Shown here in pieces: positions 24,779 through 36,898 of a DNA stretch of 64,000 nt; within the stretch, counting starts at the first letter, position 1, and each line of letters opens with the position of its first letter. Location of the stretch: contig JBNZDD010013657.1 in the NCBI GenBank assembly GCA_050575255.1, positions 4,173,026 through 4,237,025 of the forward strand. Direction: 5' to 3'. The stretch comes from Harriotta raleighana (Eukaryota). Under the pieces are notes generated by a model that was not told the origin of the DNA, searched no databases, and saw only the letters and a list, made by a program, of their open reading frames with translations. Position numbers and translations under genes: made by a program.

Positions 24779-25769
24779 AAGATGAATTTGAGTTGCTTGA
24801 AGAGAAGGAATATCAAAGGACATGGAAGTAAGCATGGACTGAGAATAGACTTGGTGGCTCATATGGAGAAAACATTTACTTGATGAATCAAATGGCCTGT
24901 TTCTGCTTTGCAACATGCTGTGATTCATTTGCTTGTGATTATCTGGCTCCTTAAGTTAGCAAGGAAAGGCACTGACTAAGGTTCTTCCAAGAATCAATTT
25001 TGAATTTACAATTCTGCTCTTGCTCTTTCGTTTCCCCTATCTCATTCTCTCTCATTCTCTGTGCCTGCATTATCTCTCTCCCTGTGACCATTACCCCCCC
25101 CCACACTCCCCGCCGCCTCTCTCTTTCTTTATCTTTATGCAATAAATGGTCCAATGTTTACTTTAATTAAGCATTTCTGAGCAGGGATAATTCAGCCTCG
25201 AAGGACTGGCTGAAATTATTGTCAGTCACAGGAATTATCCACATTCATGTAATATTTAACAAATCCTATTTCAGTATTACAGTCAGGTCCTTTGAGAATG
25301 CCATGTAGCATTGGAAGGCCAGTTCAATGCAAAGTTTTATGTGCAATTAATCCTTTGCTACATAAGATCTGTCACTATGACAGGGAGTCATGTGCAAGAT
25401 GTGTGGTTAACACTGATTGTGTGTGGTGTATGTAACATTGCCTGTGTGTGTTTGACTATGTGCATCTATATATCACTGAAGTCTGTGAGTTGGATTGTGT
25501 ATGTAGCACTGATTATATGTATATATTTAGAGTATATGCACAATATATTTCTGTATATTTGACAGTATGTGTATATAACACCGACTGAGTGAGTTAAATT
25601 GAAAATATGTTTTAAGAGGATCCACCTGCTTACTTCCAGATAAATTGAATATGGAACAGACTGGAGATAGTGAGTCACCTGAGCATTTGGCTAGGAATCA
25701 TCACTCATTGAAAGTAACAGAGAGACACCCAGGGAAGGATGGACGAGATCTTGCCTGGTACATTTTGAG

Positions 25770-26005
25770 TATCAGTGACTATGTGTAACACTGACTGTGT
25801 ATGTGTGTGTAACAGTGACTATGTGTAAGTGTGTGTGTGTTGTGTGTGTAATAACTATGTGAGTGTATAATAGTGTTTGTGTATATGTGACACTGACTGT
25901 GTGTGAAATATACACTGACTGACTGTGTGTCACACTGACAGTGTTTGTGTGTGTAATAGTGACTGTGCATAAGTGTTGTGTATGTGTGTGTAACATTGAC
26001 TATGT
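25770..26005. repeat. Degenerate TG-rich minisatellite (gtgactatgtgtaacactgactgtgt-like units)
   Basis: Repeated (c/g)tgact(a/g)tgtgt motifs. Confidence 0.8.
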
Positions 26006-26971
26006 GGGGACAATAGGTGAGGGGTTTAATGCATCACAGGCTCTCTGTGCCCCACATATTAGTATTCTCAATCCAGGAAGAAAAAGGTTTGATAGTTTAA
26101 AATAAAGGGATTGTTTGTTGAAAAGGAACTGAAGAAACAGTAAGTAAATCACAGAAACTGCAAAGAGCATCCACTACTGAGGTGTAATTACCCGGGGAAA
26201 ACCTTGGGCTCGGATTCCGAGACATCAGCTCTGCATTAATAATGGACCTCCTCATTCAGTCAATGCTTAAAATGGATACTGCATATCCTCACAAATGGAT
26301 TAGCTGTCCTGCACAACAGAGCGAGAGATTATAGGGGAAAAAATGTTTAGTATGTTACACAGCGGTTTTTCTTTGTTTACTGTTATTCCATGTCTAAATT
26401 CACTCCTCGTTCAGAAACTGAGCACTTGTGACTGCAGTGGGTTAACTACAGTATTGAGCCACGGGCACAGGAAAAGCCTGGGTTTGAATCCTGGTCTGAG
26501 ACGCCATCCGGCGTAGAGGGAGCGATATAAATCAAAGTTGTTGTTGTTGTTGGTCTGCCTTACATATCCAGTTGATTTGGCATGCGGATAGCCCTCTGCG
26601 ATAGGAGAAAAAATACACCGCCTATATATATACACTTTACAATATATACTGTGAAGCGCACAGAGACATCTCAATGACATGATAAAGTGCTATATCAAAT
26701 GCAAGGATTATTATTATTATTCATTTATGCTCCTGAATGTTATCTGGTGATTCCTGTTTCTCCCCCCCCCACTTTGTATAAATGATGTGAAGTACTTTGA
26801 AATGTCCTCTTGGCATGAAAGGCAACACATCAAATGAACAAAATCGGGATTTGACTGCTGACCACCATCTCCACACGTATGCCTTGGACAAACTGCCTGC
26901 CTAGCTTGACTAGAGAGGAGGGGATAGAATTCCAGGGAGAACAGACACACACACACACTCAGGAGAGAGAG

Positions 26972-27296
26972 AGGAGCTCCTGTGGCTCAGTGGTTAGAGC
27001 ACTCGCCTTACATGCCTTACATGCCTTACAAGCATGAGACCTGTGTCGAATCCAGGCAGATCAGGGCGAAACCTTGGGCAAGTTTCCTTACTCCACATGC
27101 CTAATAATAATCCCTCCAAAAAAACCACAATAATAAAATTGGTCATTTCAATCCACGACTGTTTGTGGGACACTGCTGTGCGCAATTGGCTGCCGTGTAC
27201 CGCCCACAAATATACAGTCAATTCACTTTATAGTATATTCTGTGAAGCGCTTTGGGACGTTGATAAGATGTGAAAAGCGCTATATCAAATGCAAGG

Positions 27297-27325
<29 letters not shown>
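26972..27325 (+). mobile_element. tRNA-derived SINE, dominant family, full length, long (att)n tail
   Basis: Intact A box tggctcagtgg, a B-box-like gtgtcgaatcc, a triplicated gccttacat unit, core and tail. Confidence 0.96.
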
Positions 27326-27328
<3 letters not shown>

Positions 27329-28548
27329 AATAGTAAAAGGAAAGAAAGTGTGGGTGTGGAGAAAGAGAAATGACCATTATAGAGATTTGGAGAGATCAGG
27401 GGATTGGGATTAGACAAGATATTTCCAATGGGCAGGTTAGACATGATGAGTAAAGAATCTGGCTCCAACGGAGGAGAGAGAACCAGCATAGACACCTTGA
27501 AGCAAATGACCTATTTCTGCAATGTAGATATTCGACGATAAGGGGTCAGGCTTTCCTCTCCTCTGACCCTCAACTGCCCCCCCCGGCCCCCTTCCCACCA
27601 CCCCCCTCTCGTCTCCAACCAGGGTTTGGGATCACACACACACACTGCCTACAAACACATTCAGCCCTCAAACAGCAGTGAATGTATTACCATTTATAGT
27701 GACTCAGTAGAGCTTTGCAGCCCGCTCTCGGTTGCCAGTTCTCCTGAAACACCAGTGTAGCATGAAATTACTTGAAGATCACTGAAATCGTAATAAAGCA
27801 ACACTGAAAAAGGTGGAATAATTTGGGTAGGGAGGGTGGTGGGTGCTGGTGGGGAGGCGATTATTAGATAGGATGTGTATCATCTCAAGGAGGAGAATAC
27901 TCCCAGCACATCATCAGAGCTGTGAACATGCCGGCTCTAACTCTAAACTAATTGAGATCATAAGGTGTTCTGCTGTGGTCAGTAAGTCTTGTCCTATGTA
28001 GCCTGCTCATTCCTTAACCCACTGTCTAATTGTAGTATCCTTCCCCACTTCTCTAATGGGGCTTCTGTGGCCCATTGTACTAGTTATGATGAAGGATTAG
28101 TAAATGAGAACTACAACATATTGCATTTACATAGCACTTTTCATGTCAGGAGAACATCCCAAGGCACTGTAATGTTAACCTTTCTCTCTCTGTGTGCTGT
28201 TTATATCGAAGATTAATAAGAAATGACAGGCATTGCTAACAAATAAAGCCAACATTACCACCAAAATCAACTACTGCACAACAATTAGTCCAGATATCCG
28301 CTGGAGCTGGGAACAAGACGTGAACACAATAACACTACTCGTGCCCTGTGTTTCTGGAGACTTGATGCGAAAAGCTATGGTTCTTTAGATCTCCAGTAGG
28401 AGATGACGTTCACTGTATGGGCAGGTCCTAACACAGGATACACACATTCCCCTGAAACATCATTAGAATTATTTGGGGTTACATAAAGCACTGCCTGCAT
28501 TGCCCTGCATAGTTGCTTACTCCATCTCTCAAAGTCACTCCCTCGACA

Positions 28549-28714
28549 TTCAATCAATCAAAATTACATTTATATAGCTCCTTTCACATCGGGAGGACGT
28601 CCCAAGGCGCTGTACAGTCAAGTAGGGATCAGAGTGAGGGGGGAAGTGGGGGCTGGGGGAGGGGGAGGGGGAAGGAAAGTAGGAAAAAATTGACCATATA
28701 TTTGTAGGCGAAAC
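28549..28714 (-). mobile_element. Chimeric SINE-core/L2-tail element
   Basis: The (caat)n tail and gggaggacgtcccaaggcgctgtacagtcaagtagggatcag are joined to the SINE core ttgac(tg)tatatttgt(g)ggcgaaa. The same junction occurs at 10185-10368 and 56211-56363. Confidence 0.8.
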
Positions 28715-31390
28715 TTCAAGTTTCAACTTCAACTTGTAACTTCAAGATACACCTACCATTTCAACTGTGCATTCAGGCATCTACTCCACCCCAACTCCAC
28801 CCTCCCCACTGCACTCTCCACCCTTTGCTCAGGCTCCCAAGTATGAGATGTCTTCCAGATGTGAAAAGGTACTGTAAAGTATTGAATATTATCAGGGTAA
28901 TCTCCAGCCCTGAAGCACTGGTAGTGATGGACCAAAGTATCAAGCCACTTTGCTCCTGGTTTTTTTTGCATCTGTGATTTGACTAGTGAAGAACCCCCTC
29001 CAAAACACTCAATTTCATTTAACTAGTGATTATCTTGCTGTCACAGTGACACTTATGCCCTGGGCTCAGAACATTGATGGATCAACCCACTCTGGCTCTT
29101 TGACCTTCCAATATCTGGTCAGAAAGCGGCTATTTTAACAAACTTAGTTATCTCCAGAGTTTATTTTGCTTCCTCGACAGAAACCTGTAGGGAAGACCCA
29201 CTTTGGTCTTAGCATCGGCAGATCCATGCTCTTGTTAACCTCAGCTACTGTTCACATGTGGAGTGGAATAGCTGCACAGAATAACAAAAAATCACAACCG
29301 TGCTGCCTTCTCTGGGTGACGCGGCCAAGGTAAAGGATATTCACAGTGAGCAGCACACACGGGCAGTTACTTCACTGGGAAGAGCAGAACCTTTCTCAGT
29401 CCCCCTGTGGTGATGATCTCAAAACGCCCACTGCTCTGTTGTAAATGTCACCACATGTCAGAGATAGCTCCCACTGCTACTGTTTAATGCATCTGCCCTT
29501 TTCTGATCCTCGCTCTTTGAGAATTTTCAGAACTTCTTCCACTCCCTTCATCCATGTTGTGTTCATGGTCAGTTAGATAGCCTGTTCTGCTCAGCGGTTT
29601 ACAAATTTGGCTAATGTTTCCGATTAATCATCCTTCCGATTTCTTTCTTGGGACAAGTTTCCTTATCACACTTAACTCATCCTTGCATTTGATAAGGCAT
29701 CAATAATTTCAAAATGCCTCAACGGGTTTCGGATGTCACTGCTGTGAATTATCATGACTGTATATAGACAAATACTGTATAATTTTTACATCACAATGTC
29801 CCATCAGTTCTTTAGCAAACACCTTGAAAGGCTTAGTTAGCAATTTAATATACTGTACGAAGGATTGCACCTCTGATAAAGCAACACCCATCCCAGAGTG
29901 TCAGTCTGAACTCAAATGCCAATGTGCACCTGGTACTGACAACTCCCTTGACCCAGAGGTGAAAGTGACATAGACTGAGCTAAACCAATACCCCGATATT
30001 GTGGCTTAAAGACAAATCCCAGCATCAATGATTCCAGGCTTATTAAAACCAAAGTCTAATCTGCCAGTTTAGGTGGATGTTTGAAGATAATATTATAAAC
30101 AAGAAGGGAACTTCTCCAGGTGTGCTGGCCAACCATCCTTCAGATTAATTGGTCATTCACTTCATGGCTGTTTGGGACTTTGCTGGTAGAAATAGCTATT
30201 GCTTTTGCTTATAAAGAGGTCACTTCACTTGAGAGTAATTACCCATGGTGAACTTTGAAATGTTTCAATGTGATGAGGTGCCTTAGAAAGGGGAATTCTT
30301 TCTTGGAATTCTCTCAATGCCTTCAACGCATTTAGAAATTTATCCCAAAACCTCTACAACTTTCAGACACTTAATAAGTAATGTGAATGAAGCGTGCGAG
30401 TGAACACTGAGGTCTGAACCTGCACACTCAAGGGCCATAATGCACCATGTGTAATCTATGTGTACAGAGGAAACGATCTAATTAACCAGTAAAAATGTTT
30501 AGCTGTGAATTGTATAATTAATGAATTCCCCTTGTACACCAGTGTTTACACATAGCGCACGATACACGTGCAGTTGTATAATTTTTACACATGACGCATA
30601 ATACACATACGATTTTATTATGAGTTAGCACTGTTCCAAACATTTTATTTTTGGTTAGCCAGGTGTCTGACACATGTAGAAACCCATCCCCATGCTTAAG
30701 TGGAGTTATCGAAACCGGATTCAGAGTTCCATGTATGCCATCTACACACAGAGATTTCTCTGTATCTGAAATGCAATCCAGGCTCTTTCCCTAGTGGCAC
30801 ACCATCCTAATTCCAGAGATTATCAGGCACAGGTTGGCAAGAGCCAAGGAATGTGTGGATTGGGGATTGGATTGGGCAGTTCAACCAACTGAAAAACGCC
30901 TTAGGGCTTTGGCTCACAGGGTTAACAGGAGCTGAAAGGGAAGAATTCCTGCTCTCAGTGACTGGTCTGACATTATGAGGTCAGTGCGGACTCGGCTATC
31001 TCAGGTACCGGGCCACTAAGGCCATCACAGAGGTTCATTTCATTCCTGCGTTCCATTGCTGAGCACTTCACCTTACAGCCAGCTCAGCACAGCTCAGAGA
31101 GGACTTGCCACCCTCTGGAAGATGGCTCCACTTATGGATCAACAGGTGGTCAAAAGACTTCTCAATGTCCAGTCAGTGCCCTCATGTGAGGCTTAGCACA
31201 TGACTCGATTCATTCACACTGATCGGGTGTATTGAGTAAGTGGTCAATAAAATTCCCATAAATCTTGTTTTATGTTCTATTCAAGTAAAGTTAACAGAAC
31301 GTGACCTGTGACATTCCCCAAGGCTCCGATAATTTAACAGTACAGTATAAAAACATTCAGGCAGCGAAGACCATTTGTACAATCCTCACC

Positions 31391-31694
31391 AGGAGCTCCT
31401 GTAGATCACCTTACAAGCTTGAGACCTGTGTTCAAATCCAGGCAGATCAGAGCAAAACCTTGGGAACGTTTCCTTAATCCACATGCCTAATAATAATCCC
31501 TCCAAAAAAAACACAATAATAAAATTGGTCCTTTCAATCCATGACTGTTTGTGGGAAGCTGCTGTGCTTGATTGGCTACCGCGTTTCGCCCACAAATATA
31601 CGGACAATTCACTTTACAGTATATTGTGTGAAGTGCTTTGAAACATCAAGAAGATGTGAAAAGGACTATATCAAATGCAAGGATTATTATTATT
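31391..31694 (+). mobile_element. tRNA-derived SINE, dominant family (small deletion in head)
   Basis: ggagctcctgtag..ccttacaagcttgagacctgtgttcaaatcc.. followed by core and tail. Confidence 0.92.
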
Positions 31695-32537
31695 AGTAGT
31701 ATACCATTGGGTGAAAGAAAGGTCCCTATTTAGTAAGCATTCGGCATACCTAATTCCAGAAAGTATTTGGCGCAGGATGGCAAGGGACAAGACTTCAACA
31801 AAAGGATTTAGTTCAAGATGAATTTCTTCCCAGCCACACTCTCCTTTCATGAAAGCCTCATTGCAAAACGGTGTGGAAGTCGAGTGATGAGCCATGTGGT
31901 TTGGTGGCTAATTTTAGTCAGAACGACACCTTAATGTGAAGTCTGAATCAGGGAGAATAACCCAGGCTAATCCCATCAGGCCATCAAACGTCCAACTGTA
32001 ACTTCCACAATCAGCATTTATAGCATGTTAGGAATTTCCACTGGAATAAAAATACACACTCCAGGAGTTCAAGGTACTGGCTGCTGACCTGCCCAGTGAC
32101 CCTGTGCACGTTACATATCAATAATCTTCCTGATGCCAAATAATCAAGCGTTTAGCCTTTTCAGAATCGCAAGCCAAATAATCAACTCCAAAGACTGAAC
32201 ACGCTGAACGCAGTGACAGATATTCCACCGGGATCTCGGTTTACTCTACTTTCTCAGAATTCAAGAGTCTTCAGAATTTGGCAAACGCTTCAATACAGTT
32301 TTAATTTTCCGAACGTTTGTTTGAAGAACTACAGAAAATCGGCTTCAAGGTTTTCGACTCAATTCAACAATTTGCCAAATTCTAGATGTTGTGAAATCTA
32401 CTCAAGCAGAGAACATCCAGAGAAGACTCAAGTGGAATTTCACCTTTCATGGTACTGTAGTACAATATGTACCTTGCAATATTATACACCCTGCCCACAG
32501 TACACACACTGCCCACAGTATACACACTGACCCACAG

Positions 32538-32850
32538 TATAATAATAATACTAATAATAATCCTTGCATTTGAAAAAGCACTTTTCATGCCTTCTAAATG
32601 TCTCAAAGCACTTCACAGAATATCCTGCAAAGTGAATTAACTGTATATAAGATGGGTGAAACGTGGCAGGCAATTGCGTACAGCAGTGTCCCATAAACAG
32701 CTACAGATTGAAAATGACCAGTTGTTTTTTTTTAGGGATTATTATTAGGCGTGTGGAGTAAGGAAACTTGCCCAAGGTTTCGCCCTGAGCTGCCCGGAAT
32801 TGAATCCAGGTCTCTCGCTTGTAAGGCAAGTACTCTAACCACTGAGCTAT
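32538..32850 (-). mobile_element. tRNA-derived SINE inserted in an ~18-19-bp minisatellite (cccacagtatacacactga)
   Basis: The SINE is flanked by minisatellite units at 32487-32540 and 32851-32890. Confidence 0.9.
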
Positions 32851-34099
32851 ACTGACCCACACTATACACACTGACCCACAGTTTACGCACTAAACTATGG
32901 CTTACACACTGAGCTAGTGTATACCTACTGAACTGAAGTACGGCAGCAACAACTTGTATTTATAGAAGCCGGATGGCGTCTCGGAGTACTTATACACCCA
33001 TCGAGCTAGAGAATGCACACAAGCCAAGAGCGTACAGAATATACACATTAGAGTACATAGACTGACCCAAGAGTTAATACATGAGCCTAGAGTACCTCCC
33101 CTCCCGGGACACACAAACACAAGCATCAGCAAAACTCTATTCCTCACAAGCTGGGAAACTGGCTGAATTTCATCAATAGGCATGAGGAGACACCTGAACT
33201 GGTCATAGTCAGTCACGGGTAAAATTATCCCTTGGTGCCAATGGCAGGACCCAGGGCGGAGTGACTCTGTCTCTGAGTTAGACTTGGGCAGCCCAGGGAT
33301 AAGCTTCCTCCCAGCAGGGGGCTACCTGGGCAGGTGTGTCTGATACAAGGAGATGGACTGCTCAGAAAGGAAGGCTGAAGGACTGAAACCCTCTGCTCCA
33401 GCACGGTACAGCCACAGTCTGGTGACCACAACAGGAAGCAGCAATGGCTCTCCACCATTTTAGCTCGCCTGGGCACACAGATACCTCAACCACACCAGAA
33501 GCAGAGCTGGCCTGGTCTTGGCTCCTGGAGTACATGACTCACGAGTCATTGAATGGGCTGGGGAAAGGTTGCCAACTGCAAACCCACTGAAACCCATTGT
33601 CAGTCCCAGACTCCCTGACCCAGCACCAACTAAGCCTCTGATATACACACAGGAGTTCCAGTGACTCTTTACACTACCCCTCTCTCTCTTTCCCTTTAAA
33701 GAAATAAACACAAAAACATCCATTCTCTCTAACTCTCCTAAGCTCCCTTCTCATACAACAAGCACATAGAATCAATAGCTTGTTCCTGTGCTGCCTTTGG
33801 CCAGGCTCAATGTACACACAGGCTGAGCTGCTTAAAGATTCGCTGACAAGCCAGACAAGCTGCCTGTGAAAATAATTTTAATCTTTAATATCAGCAGAAG
33901 GTTTCCTGACAGTCCAAGAACCTAGCACGTTCGCTGGGCAATGTTATTATTTTTAATGATTTCGGATTGTCATCCTCGCAAACCATTAAACGCACCCACT
34001 ATCTCTGAAAAGCATCCATTCCTGCTTTGGAGTTCAGCTGCAAATCAATGCGGCATCTGAGCAGGGAATGATAAGCAATATAGATCCTCAGCAGAAAGC

Positions 34100-34390
34100 T
34101 GAGGGGAGAGAGAGATGGGGGGGTGGAAGGGGGGGTAAGGTGGGGAAGGACAGATATGCAGAAATAAGGAATAGAATGGGATGGGGGGGTGGGTAGAGAA
34201 AGAGAGAGAGATGGGGGAAAAAGACACACAGAAATAAGTAACAGAGAGACAGGGAGAAAGAGACAGACTGTGAGGGAAAGAGAGACTGACACAGGGAGCT
34301 ACTGAGAGAGATAGAAGAGGAGAGAGAGAGAGACAGGCACATGGAACGAGACAGAGAGAGAGAGAGAGATATGCAGGGAGAGAAGAGAGA
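34100..34390. repeat. Purine-rich (GA)n low-complexity tract
   Basis: gagagagagatgggggg..gagacagagagagagag. Confidence 0.85.
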
Positions 34391-35099
34391 CTTGCTTTGC
34401 AGTGAAGCTCACCAACACTGTATGCTTACCAAACCGATGGAGATTAAGTGTTAGTTCATGCCGGCAGATTGGGACAAAGCATCTCTCTCCCGCATCCAAA
34501 ACAGGTCCGCGCTCTTGCTATTGTTAGCTGCTGCTGGTGCTGTGCAGGTTGCTAGGCATCACAGCTTACCTATCGATGAGTGCTGGAGTAAGGAGGACGC
34601 AGCAAGGTGGAGAGAGGGCCTGTGGGGGTGGGGGGGAGGAGAAGGAGGGTGGGGGGGGTGGGGGGAGAGAACACGGGTAGACCCAGTAATGGGATTCAAT
34701 TCCCATGTCTCAGCGCTGATGTAAAAGTCGACAGTGTGGCATGCAGATTTTTTTCTGATTCAGACCCAATTAAATTCGTACCCAAGAAGGGAGCAGCTGT
34801 TAGCTCCGTGTGCCTCCCCCCCCATTTCAATAGACAAAATCTTGACGGAGTCTTAAAGCTCCTTCCAAACCCCCTACCCATCCATCAAAGCAAGCACAGA
34901 TTTAATAGGTACTAACTCCCACAAGACCCTGACCAAACTGGGAAGCTCCCACCTCACCTCCCCACACGCACACACTTCATGTAAAGGGGTCCCCAGTTCT
35001 TGCTCATAATCTTAACCCTTTGTGCATCGCTACCCGAGCACTTGGTGTCACACTCGCCAGATTCAAACCACAATTTGCACTGTATAGCTCCTTTCAACA

Positions 35100-35760
35100 T
35101 CAATTAGATTTATACATCGCCCTTCACATAGGGCAATAGCTCAGAGAGCCTTACAAAGTGGGGTTAGACGGTGGAGAAATGTGGTCAAACAAGTTGGTTT
35201 TAAAGCAAGATTCAAAGACAGATTTAAAGATAGATTTTGGACGTGCTCCCAACGTGAAAAGCACTCTAAAAATGTAATTTTCTTGTTATTGTTGTAGTAG
35301 TAGGTACATAGATAGGTGGGTGGGTAGGTAGGTGGGTAGGTAGGTAGATAGAGAGGGGATGAGATGGAGCGGTAGAGCAAGGGAGTTCTGGAGACTGGGG
35401 AGTAGATTCTGAAAACGCAGCCATGGAAGAAGCTGGGGGATATGTAGTAAGCCTGAGTTTACAGAGGGGAGAACGTAAGAGTGGAGGAGGAGATTAGAGA
35501 AAGCAGGATGTCCTGGAGCATTTCAAGGAGAGGGTGAACTGCATGAAATTGATCTGTTGGGTGCTTGGTAAGGACCTGGCAATGGCCACAATGTGTTTGG
35601 AGGAGAATGCGGGCGGTGGGACGTTTGGATAAGTTGCATTTCAAAAGGCTTTGCAGAAACAATGGGGAGGCAATGAGCAGGCAGGAGAGGGAGAAGACTT
35701 TAAGCCACGGTCAGAGTTAGCTATTTGAGCAAGTTGTTTGACAGCAATGAGAGAAGGTAC
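35100..35760 (-). mobile_element. Old L2 fragment with nested tail fragment and (GGTA)n tract
   Basis: Tail tttatacatcgcccttcac..ctcagagagccttacaaa, and a purine-rich body typical of antisense L2. Confidence 0.55.
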
Positions 35761-36762
35761 AAGGCAAAGGGATTGGGGGAAATAGTTAAAGGACAGCGTA
35801 GGCAATGTGGCGTAAACTTTGGCCAATGACGGTGGGACAGATGTGCCAGTAAGGATAAGTGGACAAATTGGCTGATGGTCAATAACAACAACAACAAAAT
35901 TACACTTGTACAGTTTCTTTCATGTTAGGAAAACTTTTAGTTTGTTTCCGGAATTGGAATGGTGTCACAAGCCAGGAGCAGGGAAGCAAAGTGCAAAGCG
36001 CAAAGCTAGCTACCACCGTCTAAACAAAAAACACACAGAAAGAAAGATGCTAAAAACAAAGAATCATAGACAATAGATATGAATAAATCCTTCCATTTGT
36101 TACAGTGATGTATGAGCTGCCTTGGGGCATTTTCCTGATGTGAAAGGCTCTCTATCAATGTAATTTTGTTGTTTTCTTGCATGTGTGTGTGCGTGTGGGG
36201 GGGGGGGGGGGGGNGGGGGGGGGGGGGGGGATGTGTGTGGGGGAGGGGGGACGGATGGGGGTGTTTGGGGGGGTTTGTGTTTTGTCAGGTTGTCAGCTGT
36301 ACTTCAAATTGGAGTTGAGGTACAGATCAGCCATAATCTAATAGAATGGCAAAACAGGCTCGGGGGGCTGAATGGTCCAATCCTATTCCTATGTTCCTAA
36401 TAGAGAGTGAGAGTCACCCGTTGTGTCACTGCGTGGAGTCACTGTGTATTTACTTCGGTGACTAAGACGAGGAGGATCCTGTGGGAACAATCCCAGAGGC
36501 AGTCCCACGTGACATTCCCCCGAGGAAACCTATGCACACAAGGAATGCTCACCACACCTGCCTGGCTCAAAGCGTCTCTTATCCATCCTCTCTTGTACCT
36601 TAACCAACCCCCCAAAGAACCTGGCTGACCGGCTGAAATGCGGGCGGAGTGAAACGATGGGCAAATTGAGATTTGTTTCTGTTGTACCAGAAAATGGAGC
36701 CAAAGAACACTGTCATTTTTTACTCCAAGCTCAGTCTACGGAGCTGAATGTTGCTTTGGGCA

Positions 36763-36898
36763 AGTGCCCCCTCGTGGAATAGAGCTGCCATCATACCACA
36801 GCCAGGCAGCTACAATGGGACTGAGTTTACCAACATTTCTGCTTGTTTTACAGTAATTCTTGTGCTCAGGTTTGATAAGTGACAGCAGATGGCGCCCT
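36763..36898. promoter_or_regulatory. Divergent pair of CTCF motifs
   Basis: A reverse site agtgccccctcgtggaa (= CCACGAGGGGGCAC) at 36763-36779, and a forward site gaCAGCAGATGGCGCcc at 36881-36897. Confidence 0.55.

Noticed and set aside
26972-27060. tRNA-Val(TAC)-like sequences with A and B boxes
   Set aside because: They are SINE heads, each followed by the SINE core and tail, and they lack an intact cloverleaf.
32273-32383. 13-bp inverted repeat agaatttggcaaa/tttgccaaattct
   Set aside because: It extends only weakly. At most a decayed MITE, and not enough to call.
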